From positions 44,794-108,793 of the IMG/VR virus record IMGVR_UViG_2974628062_000001: DNA of 64,000 nt; one strand, written 5' to 3'. Positions within the stretch are counted from its first letter, which is position 1; each line of letters begins with the position of its first letter. The notes beneath the pieces were generated by a model. The model did no database searches and was not told where the DNA came from. It saw nothing but the letters and a program-made list of their open reading frames with translations. Position numbers and translations under genes: made by a program. This document shows positions 54,165-62,323 of this stretch, piece by piece. The stretch is from a virus. Lineage: Duplodnaviria > Heunggongvirae > Uroviricota > Caudoviricetes.

Positions 54165-54468
54165 GGTTCGTAAGGCTCAGTCTTTGGCTGAGCTTACCGA
54201 AATTATCAACAGCAATGATTCAGTTGTTGTTGACTTCAGCAAGTCTGAGGGTTGTGTTTACTGTAAGCGACTTACTCCGCACTTTGAAAAGGCTGCGGCA
54301 AAGTCTGATGTTCAGTTTGTTGAGGTAGACGTTCTTAACGTCACTGAGGCAATTGAAGCATTTGGTATTCAGTCAGTGCCTACAGTACTGCACTTTAAGA
54401 CGGGAGAGCCAACGGCTACTCTGTCTGGCCGAACCTCTGTTAAACTTCTTCAGGAGATTAACGGCTAA
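54157..54468 (+). CDS. thioredoxin
   Basis: VVVDFSKSEGCVYCKRLTPHFEKAA CxxC fold; TTG start 7 nt after GGAGGT. Confidence 0.65.
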   Translation: MSEVRKAQSLAELTEIINSNDSVVVDFSKSEGCVYCKRLTPHFEKAAAKSDVQFVEVDVLNVTEAIEAFGIQSVPTVLHFKTGEPTATLSGRTSVKLLQEING

Positions 54469-54474
54469 GTTCGG

Positions 54475-54501
54475 GCGGGTTCGTAAAGGACCCGCAAGCT
54501 T
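54475..54501 (+). repeat. GC hairpin + AAGCTT intergenic motif
   Basis: gcgggt-tcgtaaagg-acccgc then AAGCTT. Confidence 0.6.
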
Positions 54502-54520
54502 TCTACAGATTGGAATAATC

Positions 54521-54706
54521 ATGGCTGAGAGTTATGACCTTGCCCTTATTAAGGGTCGGTCGTTCTACGGTGAGTCTACTGTCGATGTTCTTCAGGCAGT
54601 CACCGATTTTGCTGCGGAGAAGGAAGGCTATACCATTCTCTCTGTGAACCTTGGATATATCCCTGATGACGGTACTATTACCGCAGAGGTTATTTACGAG
54701 GGCTGA
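54521..54706 (+). CDS. hypothetical protein
   Basis: internal ATG of track ORF 54353. Confidence 0.4.
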   Translation: MAESYDLALIKGRSFYGESTVDVLQAVTDFAAEKEGYTILSVNLGYIPDDGTITAEVIYEG

Positions 54707-54713
54707 TACAATG

Positions 54714-54743
54714 GGGCTAGGGAGAAATCCCTAGCCCTTTTTG
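54714..54743 (+). terminator. canonical intrinsic terminator
   Basis: gggctaggga-gaaa-tccctagccc then TTTTTG. Confidence 0.75.
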
Positions 54744-54745
54744 TA

Positions 54746-55012
54746 TTGGAGGAAGCTTCATTGAATATGGAAACATGGGAAAACGAAGGAGGATTCGTGC
54801 CTAGGCAGGATTTCACAGTTGTTGAAGTAACTGTTCATTATCTCTGTGATGAATGTGGTTCTCGAATGCGTGTATGTGGTGAGACCCTGACTAATGATGG
54901 AGTTGTTTATTCATACATGTGTCTGGAGAACAGCGACCATCGCCACAAGGACACCCTTCGCTACCCACGAACGGAGACCAGGGAGGTCCCATTTAATGCA
55001 CGTCGTGCCTAA
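54746..55012 (+). CDS. hypothetical zinc-finger protein
   Basis: CDECGSRMRVCG...C..H. Confidence 0.35.
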   Translation: MEEASLNMETWENEGGFVPRQDFTVVEVTVHYLCDECGSRMRVCGETLTNDGVVYSYMCLENSDHRHKDTLRYPRTETREVPFNARRA

Positions 55013-55511
55013 ATTTGAGGGAGACTACTTCTTCCTCAGCAACTTTTACGAGGCTCCGATAATTTTCTCCAGTCCCATCCTGGCCCCTGGTGAGGATGGC
55101 CTCAAGTTCATGACTGGAGAGCACGCGTTCCAAGCAGCTAAGATTCATGCGATGGACCCTGTTGACAAGCAGGCTCGAATGAACTATGTTGTGAGCGTTG
55201 CAAATGCTCCGACCCCTTCCAAGGCGAAGTATCTTGGTCGTTCGGTCAAGATTGACCTTGACAAGTGGGACTCAATTAAGGATGAATGTATGCGAGAGGT
55301 TGTCTTTCAGAAGTTCTTGCAGCATCCTGAATTGCGTACACAGCTACGTGCAACTGGTAGCGCCATGCTTGTTGAAGGAAATACGTGGGGCGATACTTAT
55401 TGGGGCAGGGCAGATGGCAAGGGTTATAATAAGCTCGGTGCCATTTTGATGGAGGTACGCGGATGGTGGCATTGGCAGGCCAGACGCAATCAACCGGAGA
55501 TGGGTTCATGA
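54996..55511 (+). CDS. NADAR (DUF1768, YbiA-like) domain protein
   Basis: RBS GGGAGGT; FLSNFY...GEHAFQAAK NADAR signature. Confidence 0.6.
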   Translation: MHVVPKFEGDYFFLSNFYEAPIIFSSPILAPGEDGLKFMTGEHAFQAAKIHAMDPVDKQARMNYVVSVANAPTPSKAKYLGRSVKIDLDKWDSIKDECMREVVFQKFLQHPELRTQLRATGSAMLVEGNTWGDTYWGRADGKGYNKLGAILMEVRGWWHWQARRNQPEMGS

Positions 55512-55645
55512 AGAAGCATCACATGACCAAGTATCGTAAGGCTCAAGCCTTTATAAAGACTCGCAGAGAAATTGCGCGGGTTAGGAGTCGATGGCTAAAG
55601 TATGGATGTGCTTGTGGTCATCACAACATGCGAGGAGACAGATGA
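55508..55645 (+). CDS. hypothetical small basic protein
   Basis: 45 aa; weak. Confidence 0.25.
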   Translation: MKKHHMTKYRKAQAFIKTRREIARVRSRWLKYGCACGHHNMRGDR

Positions 55646-55809
55646 GCGACCGACAGCCCAATTTTGAAGTTGGGGATAGGGTATTACATTCAGGATATGT
55701 TGGGGTCGTAAAGAAGGTCATCAAGGATGGCCCAAGTAAGTACAAGTATCGTGTTGAATTCCAGCACAATACCCTTACTGTTCCTGAGGGAAGGCTAAGA
55801 AGGGCATGA
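55642..55809 (+). CDS. hypothetical small protein
   Basis: RBS GAGGAGACAG then ATG. Confidence 0.35.
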   Translation: MSDRQPNFEVGDRVLHSGYVGVVKKVIKDGPSKYKYRVEFQHNTLTVPEGRLRRA

Positions 55810-55988
55810 AGTATAGAGTAATTGTACAGACTGGTCCTAGCAGCTTTGATAACTATAGTGTTATCCGTCACAGGTTGACAGAGGGCTGTCTTGTGCTTAC
55901 TATGGGTACGCTTGAGTGCGGGGCTATGGATGAGAAGATGATTCCAATCCGCACATTTGTGCAGGCATGGTCTGAGGACCTTGACTAA
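55806..55988 (+). CDS. hypothetical protein
   Basis: ORF track. Confidence 0.35.
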   Translation: MKYRVIVQTGPSSFDNYSVIRHRLTEGCLVLTMGTLECGAMDEKMIPIRTFVQAWSEDLD

Positions 55989-55999
55989 GTCGTTACCTA

Positions 56000-56036
56000 G
56001 GGAGGGGTTGACAACTTCTCCCAAGCTCGTTAAACT
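56000..56036 (+). promoter_or_regulatory. hairpin + AAGCTC variant overlapping sigma-70-like promoter
   Basis: gggag...ctccc; TTGACA-17-TAAACT. Confidence 0.45.
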
Positions 56037-56094
56037 AGTAATCAAATACACTAATTATCGGCAAAGAGAAGAATAGAAAGAATAGATAATAATT

Positions 56095-56283
56095 ATGACT
56101 CTGTCGTTAACAATTATCATGACAATCATCGTTGTCCTTCTCGTCGCTAAGTTTGACCTCAAGTGGTTCCATGCACTACTCTGTATCTTGTGTGGCTTGA
56201 CTTTGGGTGGAACGGAAGTCGGCGGGTTTCTTCTTGAAGGACTCGAAACGCTTGCTGCCTCACTTGCACAGTTGAAGTTCTAA
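56095..56283 (+). CDS. hypothetical small membrane protein
   Basis: hydrophobic 62 aa. Confidence 0.4.
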   Translation: MTLSLTIIMTIIVVLLVAKFDLKWFHALLCILCGLTLGGTEVGGFLLEGLETLAASLAQLKF

Positions 56284-56298
56284 AACCTGTGCAGTATT

Positions 56299-56326
56299 GA
56301 GACCTTTCGTAAAGGGTCTCAAGCTT
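56299..56326 (+). repeat. GC hairpin + AAGCTT intergenic motif
   Basis: gagacctttcgtaaagggtctc then AAGCTT. Confidence 0.6.
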
Positions 56327-56346
56327 CGTCTATATAAGGAGATACA

Positions 56347-57006
56347 ATGCGCGAGTACCCTAAGATTGATAATCTGTACAAGCGTAACCCGGACAAGAAG
56401 TCTCAGCTTCTTGTTGGTAAGTACACCCGTCCGGAATTTGCACTGATTGATTCTTGGGATGTTACGGAGAAGGTTGACGGAACCAATGTTCAACTGAAGT
56501 TCCACAAGGTTTTCAACGGCAGTTTTGATTACAATGGTCGTACCGAGCGTGCTCAGTTCACTATTGGCCAGGAGAATTTCCTTGAAGAGCTTGGTGAGCG
56601 GATTCGTGGTAAGGTTCTCAACACCATCAATGCGTTTGGTCTGGATGACCTGACCGTGTATGGTGAGCTGTACGGTCCTAAGATTCAGGCGGGCGGTAAC
56701 TATTCAGACAGCCTCGGATTCCGAGCGTTTGACATGCTGGTGAATGACAAGGTATGGTTGTCACCAGAGGATGTGCGCAAGAATGCAGAGTACTTTGAGG
56801 TTGAGCAGGTTCCGAATCTTGGAACTATGACCACAGAGGATATCTTCTACCTTGTTGCAAATGGCTTCAAGTCTACGTTCTCAAGGAATGAAGACTACGA
56901 TGCAGAGGGTGTTATCGCAAAGCCGTCGTTCAATCTGTATGACCAGCGGGGCTCACGAGTAATGTTTAAGCTCAAGACTTGTGACCTCAAGCATCTTCAC
57001 TACTGA
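56347..57006 (+). CDS. Rnl2-like ATP-dependent RNA ligase (nucleotidyltransferase domain only)
   Basis: motif I KVDGTN; later GELYGPKIQ resembles T4 Rnl2 GEFAGPGIQ. Confidence 0.55.
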   Translation: MREYPKIDNLYKRNPDKKSQLLVGKYTRPEFALIDSWDVTEKVDGTNVQLKFHKVFNGSFDYNGRTERAQFTIGQENFLEELGERIRGKVLNTINAFGLDDLTVYGELYGPKIQAGGNYSDSLGFRAFDMLVNDKVWLSPEDVRKNAEYFEVEQVPNLGTMTTEDIFYLVANGFKSTFSRNEDYDAEGVIAKPSFNLYDQRGSRVMFKLKTCDLKHLHY

Positions 57007-57012
57007 AGATGC

Positions 57013-57032
57013 GGCCCGAAAGGGCCAAGCTT
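57013..57032 (+). repeat. GC hairpin + AAGCTT intergenic motif
   Basis: ggccc-gaaa-gggcc then AAGCTT. Confidence 0.6.
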
Positions 57033-57057
57033 CCATATCCAAACAAGGAGAAATGAT

Positions 57058-57732
57058 ATGATTACCGAGCGTACCGCTGCAATCATCTCGGCTTACACTG
57101 GCATTACCTTTGGTGATTTCGGCAACACTCGTGATTACATTGAAGAACTGATGGAGAAGGACCCGCGAGTCAATCCCTTTGGCAATGATGATTCTGTTGC
57201 CAATGCTTCAAAGCCCGACTTTGTTGCTATCAAGGTTGACGACAATGACCCTACGGCTATGACGGAGCGAGAGGCTGCAATTGTTACAGCTTTCACCGGA
57301 ATTGCCCTTGGTAATTTTGGTGCAGCACAGCTTTACATGGAGGAGGTCATGGGTCACCCGATTTGGACTCACGAGTTGGGCTCCCCGCTCATCTGGAAGG
57401 CTATTAAGGAAAAGTCTCGACCTGACTTTATTGCTCTGAGCGAGAATGTTGGCAAGGAGTCTGTGAAGCCTGCCAATTATGTCAAGACTACCCTTGACAA
57501 GGTTAGCGAGAATCTGCCGGGTCTTCCTGATGAGCTGCTTGACCTTTACACTCTGCTTGCCATGGTTAAGGGTAAGGATGTTACTCTTAAGGACGTGCAC
57601 GATGCTTGGGCGGTTTGGAAGAATCGCATTCGTGCAGACCACAAGTCGCTCGTTCCCTTTGAGGCTCTTGAATTCCACGTCCAGGAGCTTGACCGTAAGT
57701 ATGCTGAGGGAATTGCAAAGGCTGCTGAGTAA
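57058..57732 (+). CDS. hypothetical protein with internal tandem duplication
   Basis: RBS AAGGAG; repeated TAAIISAYTGITFGDFG / EAAIVTAFTGIALGNFG. Confidence 0.5.
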   Translation: MITERTAAIISAYTGITFGDFGNTRDYIEELMEKDPRVNPFGNDDSVANASKPDFVAIKVDDNDPTAMTEREAAIVTAFTGIALGNFGAAQLYMEEVMGHPIWTHELGSPLIWKAIKEKSRPDFIALSENVGKESVKPANYVKTTLDKVSENLPGLPDELLDLYTLLAMVKGKDVTLKDVHDAWAVWKNRIRADHKSLVPFEALEFHVQELDRKYAEGIAKAAE

Positions 57733-57738
57733 GCAGTT

Positions 57739-57760
57739 GCCGGGTAAAACCGGCAAGCTT
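57739..57760 (+). repeat. GC hairpin + AAGCTT motif followed by a second hairpin
   Basis: gccggg-taaaa-ccggc then AAGCTT then ccctttcgtaaagg. Confidence 0.6.
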
Positions 57761-57787
57761 TTTGACCCTTTCGTAAAGGAGCATTTA

Positions 57788-57979
57788 ATGTACAAATACG
57801 AAATTACCGTGATGGAATCTGAGCGGGGTTGGGGAAGAAATTCCTGGGAAGAGGAATTCGATACTCCTGAAGAAGCTCAGAAGCGTATTGATGAAATCAA
57901 TAGCCGCAATAAGCCTGGACCTGCACCTGATTACTACATGCAGGCATATGACGAGATTCGAGCAATCCTTAAGGATTAA
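57788..57979 (+). CDS. hypothetical protein
   Basis: RBS AAAGGAG; 63 aa. Confidence 0.4.
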   Translation: MYKYEITVMESERGWGRNSWEEEFDTPEEAQKRIDEINSRNKPGPAPDYYMQAYDEIRAILKD

Positions 57980-57980
57980 G

Positions 57981-58256
57981 ATGACTACATTTTATCAAGA
58001 CATTACGCGGGCTCTTCGAAAGATGCTTGTAAAGAACATTCACGGCGGCGAACAGAATGTCGATATGGTCATGAAGACTATTGAAAAGACATTCGTTGCA
58101 GAATTCGTGGTTCGGGCTAATGATTTCTGCAAGCCTCACAAGAAGGGTTATCGATACAGCAAGGGATACAATGACGCCATGGACGATATGGTGGCATTCT
58201 TTAAGGAGAATTATGGCGACACTTCCAGGACACGCATGGCGTTTGATAAGGACTGA
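57981..58256 (+). CDS. hypothetical protein
   Basis: RBS AAGGA; 91 aa. Confidence 0.4.
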   Translation: MTTFYQDITRALRKMLVKNIHGGEQNVDMVMKTIEKTFVAEFVVRANDFCKPHKKGYRYSKGYNDAMDDMVAFFKENYGDTSRTRMAFDKD

Positions 58257-58356
58257 CAGGAAGGCGCAAGCTTTCGTGTACGGCTGCAAGCGATGCGGTT
58301 GTCAGACACTTAGCGGAACTCCACTACCGGCCCCATATGATAAGGTGTGCAAGTGA
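58213..58356 (+). CDS. possible small zinc protein in alternate frame
   Basis: RBS AAGGAG; CKRCGC; overlaps previous gene. Confidence 0.25.
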   Translation: MATLPGHAWRLIRTDRKAQAFVYGCKRCGCQTLSGTPLPAPYDKVCK

Positions 58357-59108
58357 AGATTCTCGTAGGTTCTAGAGCACTCAAGTGGTGGTTCGTAGAC
58401 TCTCGTGAACCAAAGGACACAGATTATTTCTCAGACGCTCCAATTGAGGGTGCTGAGACTTTCTGGCATCCAAATTTGGCGGGTTATGAGTGGCTTGACA
58501 AGCAAGCTGCAACCCCTATTGAGCTATACACCATCAAGGTCTCTCATGCATTCTGGGACCTTCACGGTACATGGAACAAGCACATGCATGATATTGCTTT
58601 TATCCAGAGTAAGGGATATGGATATATCGTTCCTGAGCTTTATGATATCCTTTACCCAATCTGGGAAGAGCGATACGGCAAGAAGAAGGTAAATCTAAAT
58701 GCTTCTCCTGAGGACTTCTTCAACAAGAATGTAGTCCGTGTCTTTGACCATGACAGCATTCACCGCAGCATTGCCTATCACGACCGACCACTTTATGAGA
58801 GCATCCTCCGAGATGGTCATGCAGTGATGGTAGACAAAGCCAAGTTTGATGCGCTATCCTATGAAGACAAGTTGAGGCTTGTCCGAGAAGAGGTTTACGC
58901 CACTGCGCTAGAACGTCAGGTAATTCCGAGCGGGTATACTTGTAGTCCCCGTGGTGCATATGCGTGGGCACTAAAGAAAACCATCACATCATTTTCCAAG
59001 GGATGGTTTCCTCTCTTTATCGTAGACAATTACAATGAGCTAAAGTCGCCTGATGTGGATTACGTTAAGCGACACAAGGACAACGAAGATAGGTTGATTA
59101 GACTATGA
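58347..59108 (+). CDS. hypothetical protein
   Basis: 253 aa ORF. Confidence 0.5.
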   Translation: MQVKILVGSRALKWWFVDSREPKDTDYFSDAPIEGAETFWHPNLAGYEWLDKQAATPIELYTIKVSHAFWDLHGTWNKHMHDIAFIQSKGYGYIVPELYDILYPIWEERYGKKKVNLNASPEDFFNKNVVRVFDHDSIHRSIAYHDRPLYESILRDGHAVMVDKAKFDALSYEDKLRLVREEVYATALERQVIPSGYTCSPRGAYAWALKKTITSFSKGWFPLFIVDNYNELKSPDVDYVKRHKDNEDRLIRL

Positions 59109-59443
59109 ACGATGAGTTTGATAAGGACGAGTTCGAGCGCTACCTTGACGATGAGTGGTGTTTGCACAAGGACTATTACACGATTCATGGCTCTCGCGGT
59201 TTCTGGACGTATCTTTGGGAGGAGACTCTAGTTCTTCAGACCAAGTATGGTACAGTTGAGCGTGTAGATGTTGGGACTGATTACGACGATGGCCGTGAAG
59301 AGCGAACCATGGTCGTAAAGATTGGTGACAGGTATTTCCAGAAGACGGGTTACTACGACTCTTGGGATAGTACCTATTGGGATGGTAGTTTTGTTGAGGT
59401 GAAGCCGGTTGAGAAGACGGTTATCTCTTACGAGATTATCTAA
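59105..59443 (+). CDS. hypothetical protein, paralog family member 1
   Basis: RYFQKTGYYDSWDSTYWDGSFVEV shared with next gene. Confidence 0.45.
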   Translation: MNDEFDKDEFERYLDDEWCLHKDYYTIHGSRGFWTYLWEETLVLQTKYGTVERVDVGTDYDDGREERTMVVKIGDRYFQKTGYYDSWDSTYWDGSFVEVKPVEKTVISYEII

Positions 59444-59449
59444 TTCCAT

Positions 59450-59469
59450 GCCCCGAAAGGGGCAAGCTT
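59450..59469 (+). repeat. GC hairpin + AAGCTT intergenic motif
   Basis: gcccc-gaaa-ggggc then AAGCTT. Confidence 0.6.
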
Positions 59470-59485
59470 TCGAAAGGAGACAGTA

Positions 59486-59803
59486 ATGATTACTGTACAG
59501 CAGGTTAAAGACGCCGTTGAGGATACTTTTGAAGGCTATGAAAGCGAATTCTATGGCGAGATTCGCTATGCCGGAAAGAACGGCATGGAACTAAATGGTC
59601 TCGGTACTGCCTACAGCGTTGATTATGAGGGCGGTGGAGAAGGTCAGGGTGAGAATATGTGGGTTGTATTCCGAATCGGTGACCAACTCTTCCGCAAGTA
59701 CGGTTACTACTCGTCTTGGGATGGTAGTGACTGGGATGGTGACCTTGAAGAGGTTGAACCTTACGAGGTAACTGTGGTACGCTATCGTGAGGTCAAGCGC
59801 TGA
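59486..59803 (+). CDS. hypothetical protein, paralog family member 2
   Basis: QLFRKYGYYSSWDGSDWDGDLEEV. Confidence 0.45.
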   Translation: MITVQQVKDAVEDTFEGYESEFYGEIRYAGKNGMELNGLGTAYSVDYEGGGEGQGENMWVVFRIGDQLFRKYGYYSSWDGSDWDGDLEEVEPYEVTVVRYREVKR

Positions 59804-59810
59804 AAAACTG

Positions 59811-59867
59811 GCGGGGTTCGTAAAGAGCCTCGCAAGCTTGACAATCCATTAGAAGGGTTGGTATTCT
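59811..59867 (+). promoter_or_regulatory. hairpin + AAGCTT fused to sigma-70-like promoter (leaderless ORF follows)
   Basis: AAGCTTGACA-18-TATTCT; ATG 7 nt after -10. Confidence 0.45.
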
Positions 59868-59873
59868 CTGACT

Positions 59874-60041
59874 ATGAGATACGAAGTTAAAGAAGAGAAT
59901 ACAGATGGTCTACAGCAGTGGGTCATCTGGGATAATCTCTATAGTGAAGTCTTTGCCCGTTTCGGAACGGAAAAGGAAGCCACTGACATTATTGATAAGT
60001 GGAAGGCTGCACAACTAGCCGCTGAAGCATCTGGAGAGTAA
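59874..60041 (+). CDS. hypothetical small protein, possibly leaderless
   Basis: 55 aa; no SD. Confidence 0.3.
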   Translation: MRYEVKEENTDGLQQWVIWDNLYSEVFARFGTEKEATDIIDKWKAAQLAAEASGE

Positions 60042-60042
60042 T

Positions 60043-60432
60043 ATGATTACTGTGCAAACTGAAGTGCAGGCTCTAGGCCATATGGTCCCTGTTGAGATTT
60101 GCTTTACTCCAGAAGACCCAGCGTGTATTACATTTACCTTCTTCAATCAGGCAGACGATTCCACTCCTGAGTGGCTTGTCGGTCGTGAACTTTTGAAGGA
60201 TGTCCTTGAAAAGGGCTACTCTGGTCTTGGCGATGTAAGGTTCCTCGCCATTGAAAACGATATTAAAATGGGCCTAAGCTCCCCTGAGGGTCAAGGCTAT
60301 GTCCTCTTTGAAAGAGAAATCATTGAGGAATTCGTAGAGATGATTTACGAAGAAGTTCCTGAGGGCGAAGATGTTTACGAGATTCCGGACGGGGTTCCAG
60401 AAGAGTGGGAAGACACGTTTGACGAATCTTGA
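60043..60432 (+). CDS. hypothetical acidic protein
   Basis: ORF track. Confidence 0.45.
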   Translation: MITVQTEVQALGHMVPVEICFTPEDPACITFTFFNQADDSTPEWLVGRELLKDVLEKGYSGLGDVRFLAIENDIKMGLSSPEGQGYVLFEREIIEEFVEMIYEEVPEGEDVYEIPDGVPEEWEDTFDES

Positions 60433-60456
60433 GGTATAATAGTCTCAGGAGGCGAC

Positions 60457-60651
60457 ATGGTTGATGGAGAGTTGATTACTGACATCACGGTATGGTTTGG
60501 TATGAGAGAGCCAGAGTGGTGGCCAGAAGACGAAGATGATTTTGAGGACAGAGCGAATCTTTCCAGAAATATTCCGGAAAAGAAAAAGAAGCCAATCAGA
60601 ATCGACCTTCGTAAAAGTCAAAAATCTGCCAGTATTTTGACCCTTTCGTAA
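60457..60651 (+). CDS. hypothetical protein
   Basis: RBS CAGGAGG. Confidence 0.4.
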   Translation: MVDGELITDITVWFGMREPEWWPEDEDDFEDRANLSRNIPEKKKKPIRIDLRKSQKSASILTLS

Positions 60652-60663
60652 AGGGCCATTTTC

Positions 60664-60691
60664 GCCCCGGTCCGTATGACGGGGCAAGCTT
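60664..60691 (+). repeat. GC hairpin + AAGCTT intergenic motif
   Basis: gccccgg...ggggc then AAGCTT. Confidence 0.55.
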
Positions 60692-60752
60692 CTGCGCATT
60701 CTAAGGAACGTGCGCACGCGTGATACCACACTTCGGTTGAGGAATCAAGAGG

Positions 60753-60781
60753 TTGACTTCCGTCCCTCGCTCCCGTAGTGT
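60753..60781 (+). promoter_or_regulatory. sigma-70-like promoter
   Basis: TTGACT-17-TAGTGT. Confidence 0.45.
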
Positions 60782-60818
60782 TTGACCCATCGAAGCAACG
60801 CCCCAGAAAAATCGGGGG

Positions 60819-60847
60819 TTGACAGAGAGAAGCAAGACAGCTAGAGT
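60819..60847 (+). promoter_or_regulatory. sigma-70-like promoter
   Basis: TTGACA-17-TAGAGT. Confidence 0.5.
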
Positions 60848-60881
60848 TCTACTAACGGAAACGACACAGGAGGAAACGGTC

Positions 60882-61244
60882 ATGAAGGTTTCGGCTCGCA
60901 TCGTCAAGGGTAAGAACAACAAGCGCGGTATCTCCATCAAGAAGCTGGGGAAGCGCCCTGAGGCTCACATGGCCGGTACGGTGGTCATGTCCGGAGTCAA
61001 GTTTGGTCGCACGATGCTCGGTACGGTCGTGGAAGAGCTTGAGAAGGTCTACATGCCCCGTGCAAAGTCGGGTGTGGACTTTACTGCGGACGGAGACATT
61101 CGTATCGTCTCGGCTGTCTCTGACTGGGACCAGGCTCGTTACATCGGTTCCCTTGGTGGGTACTACAACCCCAAGACCGGTGAGCGTGTCACGGAAGCGT
61201 CTTTCGTGTACATGGCTGGTGACCGTATCTACTACACCAAGTGA
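60882..61244 (+). CDS. hypothetical protein
   Basis: RBS CAGGAGG; 120 aa. Confidence 0.45.
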   Translation: MKVSARIVKGKNNKRGISIKKLGKRPEAHMAGTVVMSGVKFGRTMLGTVVEELEKVYMPRAKSGVDFTADGDIRIVSAVSDWDQARYIGSLGGYYNPKTGERVTEASFVYMAGDRIYYTK

Positions 61245-61245
61245 C

Positions 61246-61274
61246 TTGACATCCATCCCTTCAACCCATAGTAT
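61246..61274 (+). promoter_or_regulatory. sigma-70-like promoter
   Basis: TTGACA-17-TAGTAT. Confidence 0.5.
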
Positions 61275-61304
61275 CTAGCTAATCGAAACAGAAGGAGTAA
61301 GAAG

Positions 61305-61889
61305 ATGGCTACCGAGCGTGAGTGGCTGGTTTCTCAGGGTCTTGCCAATCCGGGTCGTGGGCGGTACTCTAAGGATGCCCGTGCGGCACTTGACAAGGCT
61401 AAGGCGGGTGGTATGAAGTTTGACCTTACCCCTGCTGAAAAGGCTAAGCTGGAGCGTGCCAATAAGCCTAAGAAGGAAAAGAAGGCTTCTGTCCAGACTC
61501 CTAAGGAGGTTCGTCCGTCTCAGGAATCGTATGACGCTAAGGCCGTTCGGGCTTGGGGTGAGCAGACTGGTGCCATTGAGAAGGGTAAGCGTGGTAAGCT
61601 GCCTACGGCTCTTATCAATGCCTACCTTGCGGCGAACAAGACTCAGAAGGCTGTGACTGTGCGCCGTGCGCCTGCTACTAAGCGTGCGGTTGTGCGAAAG
61701 GAAAGCGTTGGGTATACTTTCATTCGGCGCGGACCGAAGGACCCTGCTTACATCTCTGAGCCTCTTGTGGCAGTCTCTAGCTGTGGCGGATGCTCTCGTG
61801 GTGTGGCATACTGCGGTTGCAAGAGTGGTCCGACTGCCCCTAAGTACCTTGGTGGAGAAGTTCTGATGTTGACTCGTCCGTCCAAGTAG
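61305..61889 (+). CDS. lsr2: Lsr2-like nucleoid-associated DNA-binding protein
   Basis: VRAWGEQTGAIEKGKRGKLPTALINAYLAA matches Lsr2 C-domain IREWAR..RGRIPADVIDAY. Confidence 0.55.
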   Translation: MATEREWLVSQGLANPGRGRYSKDARAALDKAKAGGMKFDLTPAEKAKLERANKPKKEKKASVQTPKEVRPSQESYDAKAVRAWGEQTGAIEKGKRGKLPTALINAYLAANKTQKAVTVRRAPATKRAVVRKESVGYTFIRRGPKDPAYISEPLVAVSSCGGCSRGVAYCGCKSGPTAPKYLGGEVLMLTRPSK

Positions 61890-61942
61890 GCTACAGTAGT
61901 CGGTGTGGGGGAGGAAAAACCTCCCCCACCTAAGGAGATAAA

Positions 61943-62260
61943 ATGTACGGAGACAATAACCGCATGGACCCGACTGGCGTTCGCCTTTCGAATTCTGCTC
62001 ACCTCTCTGACCGCATGTATCGCACCATCATGAATAAGCTTTCGGAGTCCCTTTACCGCCGGGATTTCGATGTGAACATTTTCGCTCGCAACATGATGGC
62101 TCATGGCAATCCTCTGCTTCGTGACCGTATGATGCAACTCGCACTTGCGTTCATCGATGCTGGTGCGGAAATGTACGACTCGTGCATGATTGAGGATGGT
62201 ACAGTACAGGCTAAGCGACTCAAGGAAACTGCGGACCTTTACCAGATGCCTCGGGGTTGA
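61943..62260 (+). CDS. hypothetical protein
   Basis: RBS AAGGAG. Confidence 0.45.
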   Translation: MYGDNNRMDPTGVRLSNSAHLSDRMYRTIMNKLSESLYRRDFDVNIFARNMMAHGNPLLRDRMMQLALAFIDAGAEMYDSCMIEDGTVQAKRLKETADLYQMPRG

Positions 62261-62285
62261 CAGACCCCCTCAACCCTGATAGTCT
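62257..62285 (+). promoter_or_regulatory. sigma-70-like promoter
   Basis: TTGACA-17-TAGTCT. Confidence 0.5.
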
Positions 62286-62323
62286 TCAGACACCAAGCCA
62301 GACAAAACTAGGAGTAAACAAAG

